Position numbers and translations under genes: made by a program
Notes under the pieces: model-generated
What the model was told of the DNA's origin: nothing
Seen by the model: only the letters and a program-made list of their open reading frames with translations
The model's database searches: none
Part shown: positions 17,045 to 26,942 of the stretch, piece by piece
Layout of the letters: each line of letters begins with the position of its first letter
How positions within the stretch are numbered: the stretch's first letter is position 1
Source: an uncultured Planctomycetaceae bacterium
Lineage (GTDB): Bacteria; Planctomycetota; Planctomycetia; Isosphaerales; Isosphaeraceae
Direction of reading: 5' to 3'
Length of the DNA: 64,000 nucleotides
NCBI GenBank assembly: GCA_963833985.1
Contig: CAWIAD010000001.1
Location: 1,568,001-1,632,000, forward strand

Positions 17045-18493
17045 ATGCTGTTCAGCTCTCCGCTCTTCTTGTTCCTCTATCTGCCAGTCGTCCTGGCACT
17101 CTATTTCCTGGTCCCCCTGCGCCTCCGCAATCTCTTTCTGCTGGTGGCGAGCCTGCTGTTCTACATCTGGGGCGAGGGGAGCTACGTTCTGGTCATGCTG
17201 GGCATCATCGCCGTGAACCACGCGCTGGGATCGTGGGTGCAACGCGTCCCCGAGGGCCGCCCGTCCCGGCGCATCGTGGCCCTGGCGGTGGTGGTCAACC
17301 TCGGGCTGCTGATCGCGTTCAAGTATTCGAATTTTCTGGTTGATCAGATCAACGTAATCCTTGGAGCACTCCACTTGCGAGCAATCCGGCAGAAGCCGGT
17401 GCATCTGCCGCTGGGCATCTCGTTTTTCACGTTCCATGCCATATCCTATGTGATCGATGTCTCAAGGCGGCGGGTGCGCGCAGGCAAACCGCTGGATTTT
17501 GCGCTCTACCTGACCCTGTTCCCGCACGCGATCGCGGGCCCCATCGTCCGGTACGGAGACATCGCACAGCAGATCACCCACCGGATCATCACGACGGCTG
17601 GCTTCGCCGAAGGAGTGCGCCGGTTCATCCTGGGCCTTGCCAAGAAGGTGCTCGTGGCCAACACGGTCGCGGTTGCCGCGGACGCGATCTTCAAGCTGCC
17701 GGGGAGTGACTTGACGCTCGGTCTCTCCTGGCTGGGTGTCACCTGCTACACCTTGCAGATCTACTTTGATTTCTCAGGCTACTCGGACATGGCCATCGGG
17801 CTTGCGAAGATGTTTGGCATCGACTTCAAGGAGAACTTCAACTACCCCTACACCGCACAGTCGATCACCGATTTCTGGCGGCGCTGGCATATCTCGCTCT
17901 CCACCTGGTTTCGCGACTACCTGTACATTCCCCTGGGTGGAAATCGGTCAGGACCGTGGCGGACGTACCTGAACCTCATGCTGGTCTTCTTCCTGTGCGG
18001 GCTGTGGCATGGTGCGAGCTGGACCTTTGCCGCCTGGGGCCTGTTCCATGGCGCTTTCTTGATCCTGGAGCGCGGCCGGATCGGCCGGCTGGTGCAATCC
18101 CTCTGGTTGCCCGCGCGGCACGCGTACACGCTGCTGGTCGTCGCGGTGGGCTGGCTCCTCTTCCGGGCCGACACGGTAGCCCAGGCTCTGGTGTTTCTGC
18201 GGGCCATGGCCGGTCTGGGGCAGGGGAGTGGGATCGTCTATCACACGGGCCTCTATCTCGAAGCTCAGCTCGTTCTGGCCCTGCTGGCGGGGGTGCTGGC
18301 CTCGGCGCCGTTGCTGCCATGGCTTCAGGATGCGGGACGGAGAGTCCTCTCGGCGGGCCGCGGCCCGCTGGCGGCAGGCCTGCGCGTTGGAATGGCGACG
18401 ACCGAGCTCGCGGCTCTCTCGCTCTTGTTCCTGTGCTCGACCATGTTGCTCGCGGCCGGAACCTACAACCCTTTCATCTACTTCCGGTTCTGA
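17045..18493 (+). CDS. algI: MBOAT O-acyltransferase, AlgI/DltB type
   Basis: MLFSS, LPLGISFFTF, YFDFSGYSDMAIG, FWRRWHISLS, GLWHGA and YNPFIYFRF motifs. Confidence 0.92.
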   Translation: MLFSSPLFLFLYLPVVLALYFLVPLRLRNLFLLVASLLFYIWGEGSYVLVMLGIIAVNHALGSWVQRVPEGRPSRRIVALAVVVNLGLLIAFKYSNFLVDQINVILGALHLRAIRQKPVHLPLGISFFTFHAISYVIDVSRRRVRAGKPLDFALYLTLFPHAIAGPIVRYGDIAQQITHRIITTAGFAEGVRRFILGLAKKVLVANTVAVAADAIFKLPGSDLTLGLSWLGVTCYTLQIYFDFSGYSDMAIGLAKMFGIDFKENFNYPYTAQSITDFWRRWHISLSTWFRDYLYIPLGGNRSGPWRTYLNLMLVFFLCGLWHGASWTFAAWGLFHGAFLILERGRIGRLVQSLWLPARHAYTLLVVAVGWLLFRADTVAQALVFLRAMAGLGQGSGIVYHTGLYLEAQLVLALLAGVLASAPLLPWLQDAGRRVLSAGRGPLAAGLRVGMATTELAALSLLFLCSTMLLAAGTYNPFIYFRF

Positions 18494-18532
18494 GGCTTGC
18501 CGCCCGGTCGGGCGCGAAGGAGTGCCGCAAGG

Positions 18533-19798
18533 ATGAGGATGAGCGAGCAGATCCGCCTCGATGGCGAGCAGCACGGGCACACTGCCGGACCGATCACGAC
18601 GGATACGAGGCGGCAGTCACGACCGTCGGAGCTCTACCAGCAGCGCGTTTCCATGCACAGTACCGGTGCCCGGTCGGCTGATCGCATCCTGATAATCGGC
18701 TTTCTGATCGCGATCAGCCTGCCACTCCTGGGACTGGTGTTTCACGGTGAGAACGGGACCACGGTCGGTGAGAACCGCAAGGCCGCGGCCATGCCAGAAC
18801 TGCGGCTCCGGGGCAAGAGCCTGGCGGCATTCCCCGCCCAGTTCGAGGCCTACTTCAATGACCACTTCGGCTTCCGCGAGCGGTTGATCCACTGGCTGAA
18901 CTTCACGAAAGTCGTCGGACTGGGCGTCTCGCCGTCGCCCAAGGTCATTCTGGGCAGTAACGGCTGGCTCTTCTACGGCGATATCGAGCTGCCCTACTAC
19001 CGGGCGCTCGTGCCGCTCACGTTCCAGGAACTGGAGCAATGGCGCCGGCTCTTCGAGACCCGGCGCGACTGGCTGGCGGTTCGCGGCATTCCCTACCTCG
19101 TCGTCATACCGCCCAACAAGAGCACGATCTACCCAGAGCACATGCCCCCATCCTACAACCAGGTACATGCGCGATCTCGACTGGACCAGTTGATGGACTA
19201 TCTTCGGGTACACACAGATCTCAAGGTGCTTGATCTACGTCAGCCATTGCTCGCCGCCAAGAACACGGAACGGGTCTATTACCGCACCGATACGCACTGG
19301 AACTGGCACGGCGGGTACGTGGGATACGCGGCGATCGTCGCTGCCCTTTCAGAGTGGTTTCCCCAGCTTCAACCGGTCGACCGCAACGTGTTTCGAGACC
19401 AGCTCTACGAAGAACCAGGACGAGACCTGTCGATGATGCTCGGGCTCCGGGAATACTTCGCCGACCGCTACATTGACATCGCTGCTCCCAAGCCGAGGGA
19501 GGCTATCGACGTGGGGCAAACAAAGGAGGAGTCCGACTTGCCTGGGCGGCAAGCTAGACGAGGGGAGGACTTTGCCTACGAGAATCGAGGGAAAGGACTT
19601 CCCCGCGCAGTCGTGTTCCGCGACTCATTCGCGACCTGGCTAATCCCTCTGCTGGCAGATCATTTCGATCGAATCGTTTTCTCCTGGCAGTACAGCTTCG
19701 ATCGTATTCTCGTGGAGAAAGAGCACCCGGATGTCGTCGTCCAGGAAATGGTAGAACGTATTCTAATCCACCCAGCAGAAACATTCTTGGAGCGGTGA
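18533..19798 (+). CDS. AlgJ/AlgX-like (DHHW-type) periplasmic O-acetyltransferase
   Basis: N-terminal TM helix, FNDHFGFR, PNKSTIYPE, YYRTDTHWN and RDSF motifs; directly after algI. Start uncertain. Confidence 0.85.
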   Translation: MRMSEQIRLDGEQHGHTAGPITTDTRRQSRPSELYQQRVSMHSTGARSADRILIIGFLIAISLPLLGLVFHGENGTTVGENRKAAAMPELRLRGKSLAAFPAQFEAYFNDHFGFRERLIHWLNFTKVVGLGVSPSPKVILGSNGWLFYGDIELPYYRALVPLTFQELEQWRRLFETRRDWLAVRGIPYLVVIPPNKSTIYPEHMPPSYNQVHARSRLDQLMDYLRVHTDLKVLDLRQPLLAAKNTERVYYRTDTHWNWHGGYVGYAAIVAALSEWFPQLQPVDRNVFRDQLYEEPGRDLSMMLGLREYFADRYIDIAAPKPREAIDVGQTKEESDLPGRQARRGEDFAYENRGKGLPRAVVFRDSFATWLIPLLADHFDRIVFSWQYSFDRILVEKEHPDVVVQEMVERILIHPAETFLER

Positions 19799-19929
19799 AT
19801 CCGCCTTGACCAGTTGCCAAAAGCAAATAAGCTTTGCGTAATGTCCATTTTGTCCATCCGACCTGGCGGCCGGCCGCCGTGCAGCGAGATCCGACCCAGC
19901 CTTCTGCCCTTGAACCGGAGTCTTTATAC

Positions 19930-21624
19930 ATGCTCGCCACGCGCGCCCATGCACTGAGGACCAACGAGCCACACGAGCGAGTCGAACCACGTGTGATGAG
20001 CCTGATTCGTCGAGCTCCACGGCCTCACGTTCTGGTAGCACGTGATTACCAGGAGTATCAGCTCGTGGCGCGGACAGTTGCTGATCTGAACAGCGATTGG
20101 CTAAGGAGGATCTGGTTTCGAGATCATGGCTCGACACCAGCTCAAACGCGCGGTTATTGCGCGGTATGTGGGAGGTGGGGCGTATTCGACGTGGATTCTA
20201 CAGTTTGCTCGGAGTGGGAGGGACTACGCGTCCCCTGGTGGGCCAATACGCTTTCTTGTCCAAAATGTCAACTCGCCGCCCGCATGCGCGCGGCGCTTCA
20301 TCTCTTCGAGTCCATGGTTGCGCCTCGTCCAGATGAAGAGATCTACATCACCGAACAGAACACTCTCCTGTATCGGCAATTCCTCCGGAGGTATCCGAAG
20401 CTCATCGGCAGTGAATATCTCGTCGGTTCAACTCCAAAGGGGCAGACGAGCTATTCGGGCTTTCGCTGCGAAGATCTCACGGACCTGACTTTCGCGGATG
20501 CACAGCTCGATCATATTCTTACTTTCGAGGTCCTCGAGCACATACCGGACTACCAGGCGGCACTCAGTGAGTGTGCTCGGGTTCTTAAACCTGGCGGTAC
20601 GCTTTACTGCTCCGCTCCTTTCCATGGTTCCCCGCGGCATACAGTGAGGGCGCGGGTCCTCGAGGATGGATCGATCGAGCATTTGCTTCCGCCGGAATAC
20701 CACGGCAATCCGATCGATCCGGATGGCGTGCTCTGCTACCGCTATTTCGGCTTCGAGTTGCTGGACGAGCTCCGCGCCGCGGGGTTCAGCGATCCCAGAG
20801 CCTGGATCTACTGGTCCGCGAAGCTTGGATACCTGGGTGAGGACCGCGTTGTTTTCGTCGCGGAGCGTTCCCGTTCAAGCGATCACTCTCCTCGGGTGCC
20901 TGCCGGAAACTCTCGTCCGCGGATCGAGCTTGGAAAGAACCGAGGACGGATCCTGATCGAGAAGCTTCTCGAGGACAAGCCTCTGCTTCACCCCGGACAG
21001 ATCTCATGGGCAGTGTCACCGGCGGTGCTCCGGTACTTCGCGGATCTCGTGAAGCCGAACGACCGCACAGTTGAAACCGGTGCTGGCTACACAACGGTCG
21101 CCCTCGCGGCACTGGGCGCGCATCATGTCTCGGTCACGAGCGACTCTGAAAGCGCCGAACTAACGCGCGCCTACCTCGACAAGCTCGGCATCGCACACAA
21201 GGTCACCTGGATCATCGAACCTTCCGATACGGCACTGCCGAGATTACCGACGACCGAAATCTACGATTTTGCCTATGTCGACGGCTGCCACTCCTATCCC
21301 CTGCCGGCCATCGACTGGCATTTTCTCGACCAACATCTGAGGGTCGGAGGCCTCATCGGATTCGACAATGTTGAGGTTCCCTCTGTTCATTTCCACACCG
21401 AGTTCTTGCGGATGAACGGGAGTTATCGACAGATCAATAAGATCACTCACGATCCCTCGAACTATACGGTCACGTTCTATGAGAAACTTCGCGACGAGCC
21501 GCGCACCGACATCGCCCAACGGTTCAACCACAGGCGAGTGACTCGCAACAACTGGAGAGACTCACTGAAGACGACCTTGAGCGGATGGCTTGTCCGCGAG
21601 GGCAAGCCGTGGCCATGGTCCTGA
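19930..21624 (+). CDS. Two-domain class I SAM-dependent methyltransferase
   Basis: N-terminal CxxC...CxxC, then EVLEHIPDY/RVLKPGG/PEYHGNP. A second MT domain has TVETGAG and FAYVDGCHSYP. Start uncertain (ORF open from 19834). Confidence 0.8.
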   Translation: MLATRAHALRTNEPHERVEPRVMSLIRRAPRPHVLVARDYQEYQLVARTVADLNSDWLRRIWFRDHGSTPAQTRGYCAVCGRWGVFDVDSTVCSEWEGLRVPWWANTLSCPKCQLAARMRAALHLFESMVAPRPDEEIYITEQNTLLYRQFLRRYPKLIGSEYLVGSTPKGQTSYSGFRCEDLTDLTFADAQLDHILTFEVLEHIPDYQAALSECARVLKPGGTLYCSAPFHGSPRHTVRARVLEDGSIEHLLPPEYHGNPIDPDGVLCYRYFGFELLDELRAAGFSDPRAWIYWSAKLGYLGEDRVVFVAERSRSSDHSPRVPAGNSRPRIELGKNRGRILIEKLLEDKPLLHPGQISWAVSPAVLRYFADLVKPNDRTVETGAGYTTVALAALGAHHVSVTSDSESAELTRAYLDKLGIAHKVTWIIEPSDTALPRLPTTEIYDFAYVDGCHSYPLPAIDWHFLDQHLRVGGLIGFDNVEVPSVHFHTEFLRMNGSYRQINKITHDPSNYTVTFYEKLRDEPRTDIAQRFNHRRVTRNNWRDSLKTTLSGWLVREGKPWPWS

Positions 21625-21899
21625 TCATTGACTTGTTTTGCACAACGAGTTGAGGGACGTGAATGAGCAAGTTGCAACGGGATACCGGCCTGGAGAGATA
21701 GGAGTGCTAACTGACGAATTCCGCCGTGACTCCGCCTGATCGCTGAGCGTTGGAGACCTGGCTCGATTTGAGATCTTCGTTTGTTTCGGCCTAACTCATT
21801 GTACGAAACCTTGCTGCTGACGCGATCAGGAACTGCCAGGCCACGGATCGCAGGTTCACTTTTGGACCTGTTGAGCGGTGCAGCCCGTGCGTACCGAAG

Positions 21900-22524
21900 G
21901 CCGATCGATGGATGCCGTCCAGGTAGGAGCGGCGGATGGCGAGCGCTTCCATGGCCAGCACATGTTGTTTCAATCTCGGCTTTGGACTGGCTCGGCACAC
22001 GACTTGAAGTTGACGTCGACAGGCTGCGTTGTCGCAAGACATCGGTCCCAAAGGAATGGCCAAGGTGCGAGAGGACGCGGGCCAAGTCGCCCGTAGGACT
22101 TTCATGCCGACCCACAAACTTCGCGAACTCCCGGCCCGCGGGACCGGTCTACCATTTGTAGGTGCGGCTGACGTAACCGGGCTCGTGTGGGATGCAGAGC
22201 CGGATGAGTTCCGAGAAATCATCCGAGGCGGTTCCCTCGTGCACGCGCTGGGGATGCCGGACCCCCGGCTCGATGACCTCCAGGTTCCCGCCTGGAATTT
22301 CCGCCACAGCTCCTACCAGCTTTAGAGGATGCTGGACAAACCTGAACAGGAACGAGTGAACTTCACGGAGCATGGAGAGGAGGCTATGTCGATACGTCAC
22401 GCCGTCGATCGTCGCGGGTCGCTCGATCTGCACGCCACAATGCGGCAGCGTGTTCAACCCAGGTTCCACCCGTTTTCGGTATGTGCAGGAAGTGACGGCC
22501 CGAAGGTAGCAACCGTGCCGCCAT
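21900..22524 (-). pseudogene. Decayed sulfotransferase-family gene
   Basis: Manual translation from ATG 22524 gives MAARLLPSGRHFLHIPKTGGTWVEH (5'-PAPS-binding loop). Later frames give FRFVQHPL, SW*ELWRKFQAG and GYVSRTYKW*TGP...FVGRHE, with in-frame stops and several frameshifts. The 3' end is approximate. Confidence 0.7.
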
Positions 22525-22747
22525 ACCTACTTGCCCCCGAATACCTGGCGCTCACACGGATCAAGGTGCGTTGCGTGCTCTCCGCCAGGGCGATCTTTGA
22601 TTTGAATTTTGTGCTGATTCGTGATCAGGCAACGGAAGAACCGCCCGGCAGGGCTCCAGTCGTCAGGATCGCTGCGTTGGGCAGTCAGTCCCGGAAAAAA
22701 GTAGTGATTGGACCACGGGGCGACGTTTTCCGCCCCGCTGGAACAGC

Positions 22748-23913
22748 TCACGCGCTACGCCGCAAGCTCTGGGGTTCGTCGTAGACAACAGCGTTCTCGG
22801 TGGCGCTGAATTCCTCGAGCACGGATTGCACCGCCTCAAGGTAACGGTGTCCGTACCGGGTGTCCGGTTCGAGGTACATTCCCTCGGCCCATTCGTTCCA
22901 GGCGTTGATGAACACCACGCGCTCCTCGCGTGGCTTGTGCACCACGCTCCGGACCATGAGCGCGAGCTGCTCCCGGAACAACTCGGGTGAGGAGTCGATC
23001 ATCACGATGGCGTGTTTGCCCCTGCGGGCCGTGTTGTCCCAGCCCACGAAGCAGTTCGGAAAATGCGGGAATGTGGGCCGCACGCCTGCCATGAGCTGGG
23101 TCGACCTGGCGTAGGAATAGACCTTCAACGTGGGACTGAGGATTCCGTGCTTCAGGTTGCGGCGGAACTTGGTTCGCAGGGCGTTGTCGTCGAACGCGTC
23201 GGGCCCGAGCACCCCAAGCTGCGGCTCGTGATGCTCGGTCATGTCAAAACCCAGCTCGCGCATGTCGGTCAGCGGCCGGTGAGCGTCGATGCCCACAAGA
23301 TAAGGTTCCGGCATTCCCAGCCGATGGAACTCCTCGCGAAAGGTGTCGGTCGTGCGCCTTGAATCCGGCAGCGCGATCGGCTTGTAGACAACGATCATCG
23401 GCCGCCCTTGAATGCGGATATAACGTAGATCGGCCGCGGCGCCCGCGAGCCATCGCGCATGCACCGGTCGTCCTCCTCGGAGTACGTCTGCTCCACCAGC
23501 AGCTCCCGGTCGTCACCCAGCCAGCTTCGTGACCACGATTCGTTGGCCCAGGCCAGGCAGAAGGGGAAATCCGGTTCGCCGCTGGCCAGGATCTCCCCGA
23601 CCGGCCGTTCCAGCAGCCTGCGACCGTGGAACCAGTAGTGCCAGTAACAGAAGCCTTCGATGCCGTAGCGCCTGGCCAGTTCCGCCTGGGCGGCCCGTGC
23701 CTCGGGGAGTCTCAGATCGTAGTATCCCAGGTCCGCCGGTAGCCGGGGCTGGTAATGGCCGCGGAAGAGTGGTTCTGCCTTGGCGACGTTCGTCCACTCC
23801 GTGAACCCCTTCCCCCACCACTGGTCGTTCTCGGCGATGGGGTGGAACTGGGGCAGGTGAAAGGCGATGAGCCGCGCACTCTGGCTATCTCCTGGATTCA
23901 ATCGAACTTCCAT
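22748..23913 (-). CDS. WbsX / GH99-like domain glycosyltransferase, frameshift near 23460
   Basis: LIAFHLPQFHPIAENDQWWGKGFTEWTNV and FCLAWANESW in one frame; GWDNTARRG and FINAWNEWAEG in the next. Confidence 0.85.
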
Positions 23914-23974
23914 GTTGAGGTTTCCACGGGTTTGCGAAAGGCTTGCCCTGCGCACGTCGCGGTAGACGCGGACA

Positions 23975-25072
23975 CTACACATCAACCCATGCCAGATCCT
24001 TCACCTTCGGCAGCAGGCTGCTCCGCGCCCAGTGCACGAACGGCCTGTCCACGCAGTCCGTCACATCGACCTCGGGCAGGAGGTCGCCGCAGATCCCGTC
24101 CTGCACGAAGAACGCGTTGAAACCCAGGCGCTGCACGCCCACGAGACGGTAGCCCTTGCGGCGGGCCAGCTTCACGAAGGCCGGCAGGCTGGCGCCCGAG
24201 TAGATGCCGAAGCCGTCGACGGACTGTGCCCGGAAGTCCGCCGCGTAGGGAACCGTCACGGCGCGCTGGTCTCCCCAGATGCACTGGATCTCGGCGACCA
24301 CGACCCTGGGCTGCACCACATCCAGGGCCTCCCAGACCCAGTAATCCACGCCGTCAATATCCAGCGAGAGCAGGTCGATCGGGCCCGCGAATCCGCGTTC
24401 CGCGATCAGCTGGTTCAGATTCTCGCGGCTGATCCACGAGTTGACGAACGTGGGAGGCAGGCAAAACGTATCTCCCAGAGTTGCGTAGAATGAGCGGCCC
24501 CGCTCCACGAGCTGCGGGTCGCCATCGAACAGCAGCCCTTGCCAGCCGTGATTGATGATCAGGTTCGCCGTGTTGCACTGGATGCCATCTCCGGCACAGA
24601 CCTCGATGCAACGACGCTCGCCCATGCCGATCAGGCTGAAGATGTAGAGCAGGATGCCGTCCTCGCCGTTCTGGCTGAAGGCGCGGAATTCGACATCCTG
24701 GAACCGAGGCAAGCCGCTCCCGTTCCTTGCCATCTGGCAGTACTGATTGGCGAGTACAAGCTGAGCGACCTTGGAACCCGCTCCATCGGGAGCGTGGCTT
24801 GAGCGGTGGGCCAGGTGCTGAAACTCGCGGGCAGTCGCTTCCTGGGCGCGGTGCACTGACTCGACCGTGGCCATGGTGCGTTCCAGCAGGGCACGAAGTT
24901 CGACGACCTGGTGCCGCAGCTCGCTGATGCCCAGTTCCGCGACCTCGCGGCGCAGCTCGGCCACGCCGAGTTCCGCGACCTCGCGGCCCAGTCCGGCGAT
25001 CTGGCTGCTCAGCCCCTCGATGCCGGACAGCGACCGCATCCTTGCCAGGAGTCTTTTAAGGGCTCCCCGCAT
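23975..25072 (-). CDS. Coiled-coil plus FkbM-like methyltransferase-fold protein
   Basis: FSQNGEDGIL, DLLSLDIDGVDYWVW, GASLPAF and NAFFV motifs, preceded by heptad repeats. Confidence 0.75.
   Translation of the reverse strand: MRGALKRLLARMRSLSGIEGLSSQIAGLGREVAELGVAELRREVAELGISELRHQVVELRALLERTMATVESVHRAQEATAREFQHLAHRSSHAPDGAGSKVAQLVLANQYCQMARNGSGLPRFQDVEFRAFSQNGEDGILLYIFSLIGMGERRCIEVCAGDGIQCNTANLIINHGWQGLLFDGDPQLVERGRSFYATLGDTFCLPPTFVNSWISRENLNQLIAERGFAGPIDLLSLDIDGVDYWVWEALDVVQPRVVVAEIQCIWGDQRAVTVPYAADFRAQSVDGFGIYSGASLPAFVKLARRKGYRLVGVQRLGFNAFFVQDGICGDLLPEVDVTDCVDRPFVHWARSSLLPKVKDLAWVDV
24897..24988 (-). repeat. 36-nt intragenic tandem repeat (about 2.5 copies)
   Basis: Encodes REVAELGVAELR / REVAELGISELR / HQVVEL. 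Confidence 0.7.
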
Positions 25073-25326
25073 GGGACTCCTTCCATTGTCGAGAAAGCAG
25101 GTCGAGCCAGTCGAAACGAGTCGATAACCATTACAGGCGGGCGATGTGCCTGCAATCCGGAGCGAGTTATAACTTCTCCCTGTTCTGGGTCAAGCCAACT
25201 CGAGCAAGCTGCCTCCCGGCGGGGCTGCCTGACAGCAGACAGGAAAACCCGCCTGGACCGAAGACGCCCCGGGAAAGTACGATCCGCCGCAAGACCCGAT
25301 CAGATGTCAGACACGGAGGTGGTCTG

Positions 25327-26895
25327 GTGCCGCAAGAAGCGACGCGGTCCTTCACGCCTGGAAACGGAGACGATTGGAGCGAACAGCTCGAGGAATCGCT
25401 CCAGGCGTACGAAGCGGAACTTGAAAAAGCGTATGCCAGGATTGACGACCTGGAGCGTGAGCTGGCCCGCACGGCTGAACCGGCGGTGACGCCAGCCGCA
25501 GAGGTTCTGGAACTGCCCGCACAGACCGTTCCCGGGGCGTACAGGCTCGATTCCGGCTTTGTGCGTTGGGGCCTGCGACTTCTGAGGCGTATCTCCGACC
25601 TCGGGCCCCGAGAATCGGTGCGTCCTGCCAGCACGTCCGGACAGAAGCCGTTGCTGGATCGACCCGGCCTGCGTGTCGACCCTGGCGCACGAACCCCGGC
25701 AAGTCCGTTACTTTCCGGCAATGGCCACGTCGGGGCACCTTCGCACCCCGGTCGGGTCTTGATCATTGACCACCGGCTGCCGACGACTGACCGCGACTGT
25801 GGATCGGTGCGGATGATGGAGTTGATGCGGCTCATCATCTCCCGGGGCCATTCCATCACGTTCCTTCCAGACAACTTTTTTGTGTGGCCGCCCTACCTCG
25901 AGGACCTGGAAGCGGTTGGCGTCGAAGTGGTACATCCTTCACGATATCGCTACGCGGCCCAGTTTCTGAAGGAGCGCGGTCACGAATTCGGGCTGGCAAT
26001 CATCTCGCGGGCCGGCATCGCCGCTCGGCACCTGACGACGGTCCGGCGGCTGGCGCCGCAAGCGAGGATCGTCTTTGACACCGTGGATTTGCACTTCTTG
26101 CGTGAGGAACGCCAGGCCAGAATCTCCAGTAACCCCGCCCTGACCAGCGCCGGCGCCACTCGCAAACGACAGGAGCTGAGGCTGGCGCGGCTGGCGGATC
26201 TCACGGTCGTCGTCAGCCCGGCCGAGAAGGACCTGCTCGAAAGGGAATGTCCCGGCATCGACGTGGCAGTCATTCCTACCATTTATCCGCTCGAGACTGC
26301 CAGACCCCCCGGGTTTGCGCGACGCCGGCACATCGTCTTCATCGGCGGCTTCGATCACGCACCCAATGTGGACTCTGTCCTTTACTTCGCCACAGAGATC
26401 TTCCCCCTGGTCCAGTCGCGCGTCCCTGGGGCGGAGTTCCAGATCATCGGCAGCCAGCCGCCGACGCAGATCCTGGCCCTGGCGAGCGACCGCGTCAAGG
26501 TCCTTGGCTTCGTCCCCGACGTCAAGCCGGTATTCGACCGGGCCCGGCTCTCGGTGGCGCCGATTCGGTTCGGAGCCGGCGTGAAGGGCAAGGTGAATCA
26601 GAGCATGGCGCTGGGCGTCCCTGCTGTCGTCACATCGATCGCCGCCGAAGGCATGCACCTCGTGCACGAGCACAACGCGATGATCGCCGACGACCCGCAC
26701 AGCTTTGCCGATGCCGTGGCCAGAGTCTGGAACTCGCGCGAGTTATGGGAGCGGCTGTCCGCCGGCGGCGTCCGCAATCTACGCGACCATTTCTCGGTGG
26801 AAGCGGCCGCAAGGCCGATCGATGCCATGCTCGAGTGGGCAGGCCTCGGAGCCAGGCCGACCGCGTCGCTCGGCTCGGTACCGCGACGCGGCTGA
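25327..26895 (+). CDS. GT4-type glycosyltransferase with an N-terminal coiled coil
   Basis: VFDTVDLHFLRE, FIGGFDHAPNVD, APIRFGAGVKGKV and TSIAAEGM motifs. GTG 25327 follows GGAGG. Confidence 0.85.
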   Translation: MPQEATRSFTPGNGDDWSEQLEESLQAYEAELEKAYARIDDLERELARTAEPAVTPAAEVLELPAQTVPGAYRLDSGFVRWGLRLLRRISDLGPRESVRPASTSGQKPLLDRPGLRVDPGARTPASPLLSGNGHVGAPSHPGRVLIIDHRLPTTDRDCGSVRMMELMRLIISRGHSITFLPDNFFVWPPYLEDLEAVGVEVVHPSRYRYAAQFLKERGHEFGLAIISRAGIAARHLTTVRRLAPQARIVFDTVDLHFLREERQARISSNPALTSAGATRKRQELRLARLADLTVVVSPAEKDLLERECPGIDVAVIPTIYPLETARPPGFARRRHIVFIGGFDHAPNVDSVLYFATEIFPLVQSRVPGAEFQIIGSQPPTQILALASDRVKVLGFVPDVKPVFDRARLSVAPIRFGAGVKGKVNQSMALGVPAVVTSIAAEGMHLVHEHNAMIADDPHSFADAVARVWNSRELWERLSAGGVRNLRDHFSVEAAARPIDAMLEWAGLGARPTASLGSVPRRG

Positions 26896-26942
26896 TAGCC
26901 GCCGATGTTCCGTCGCGGCGTGCGTGCCAGGCCCATGCCCCC

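Noticed and set aside
17045..19798. Alginate biosynthesis
   Set aside because: Only the AlgI/AlgJ-like acetylation pair is present, with no alg8/alg44/algD; such pairs modify many glycans.
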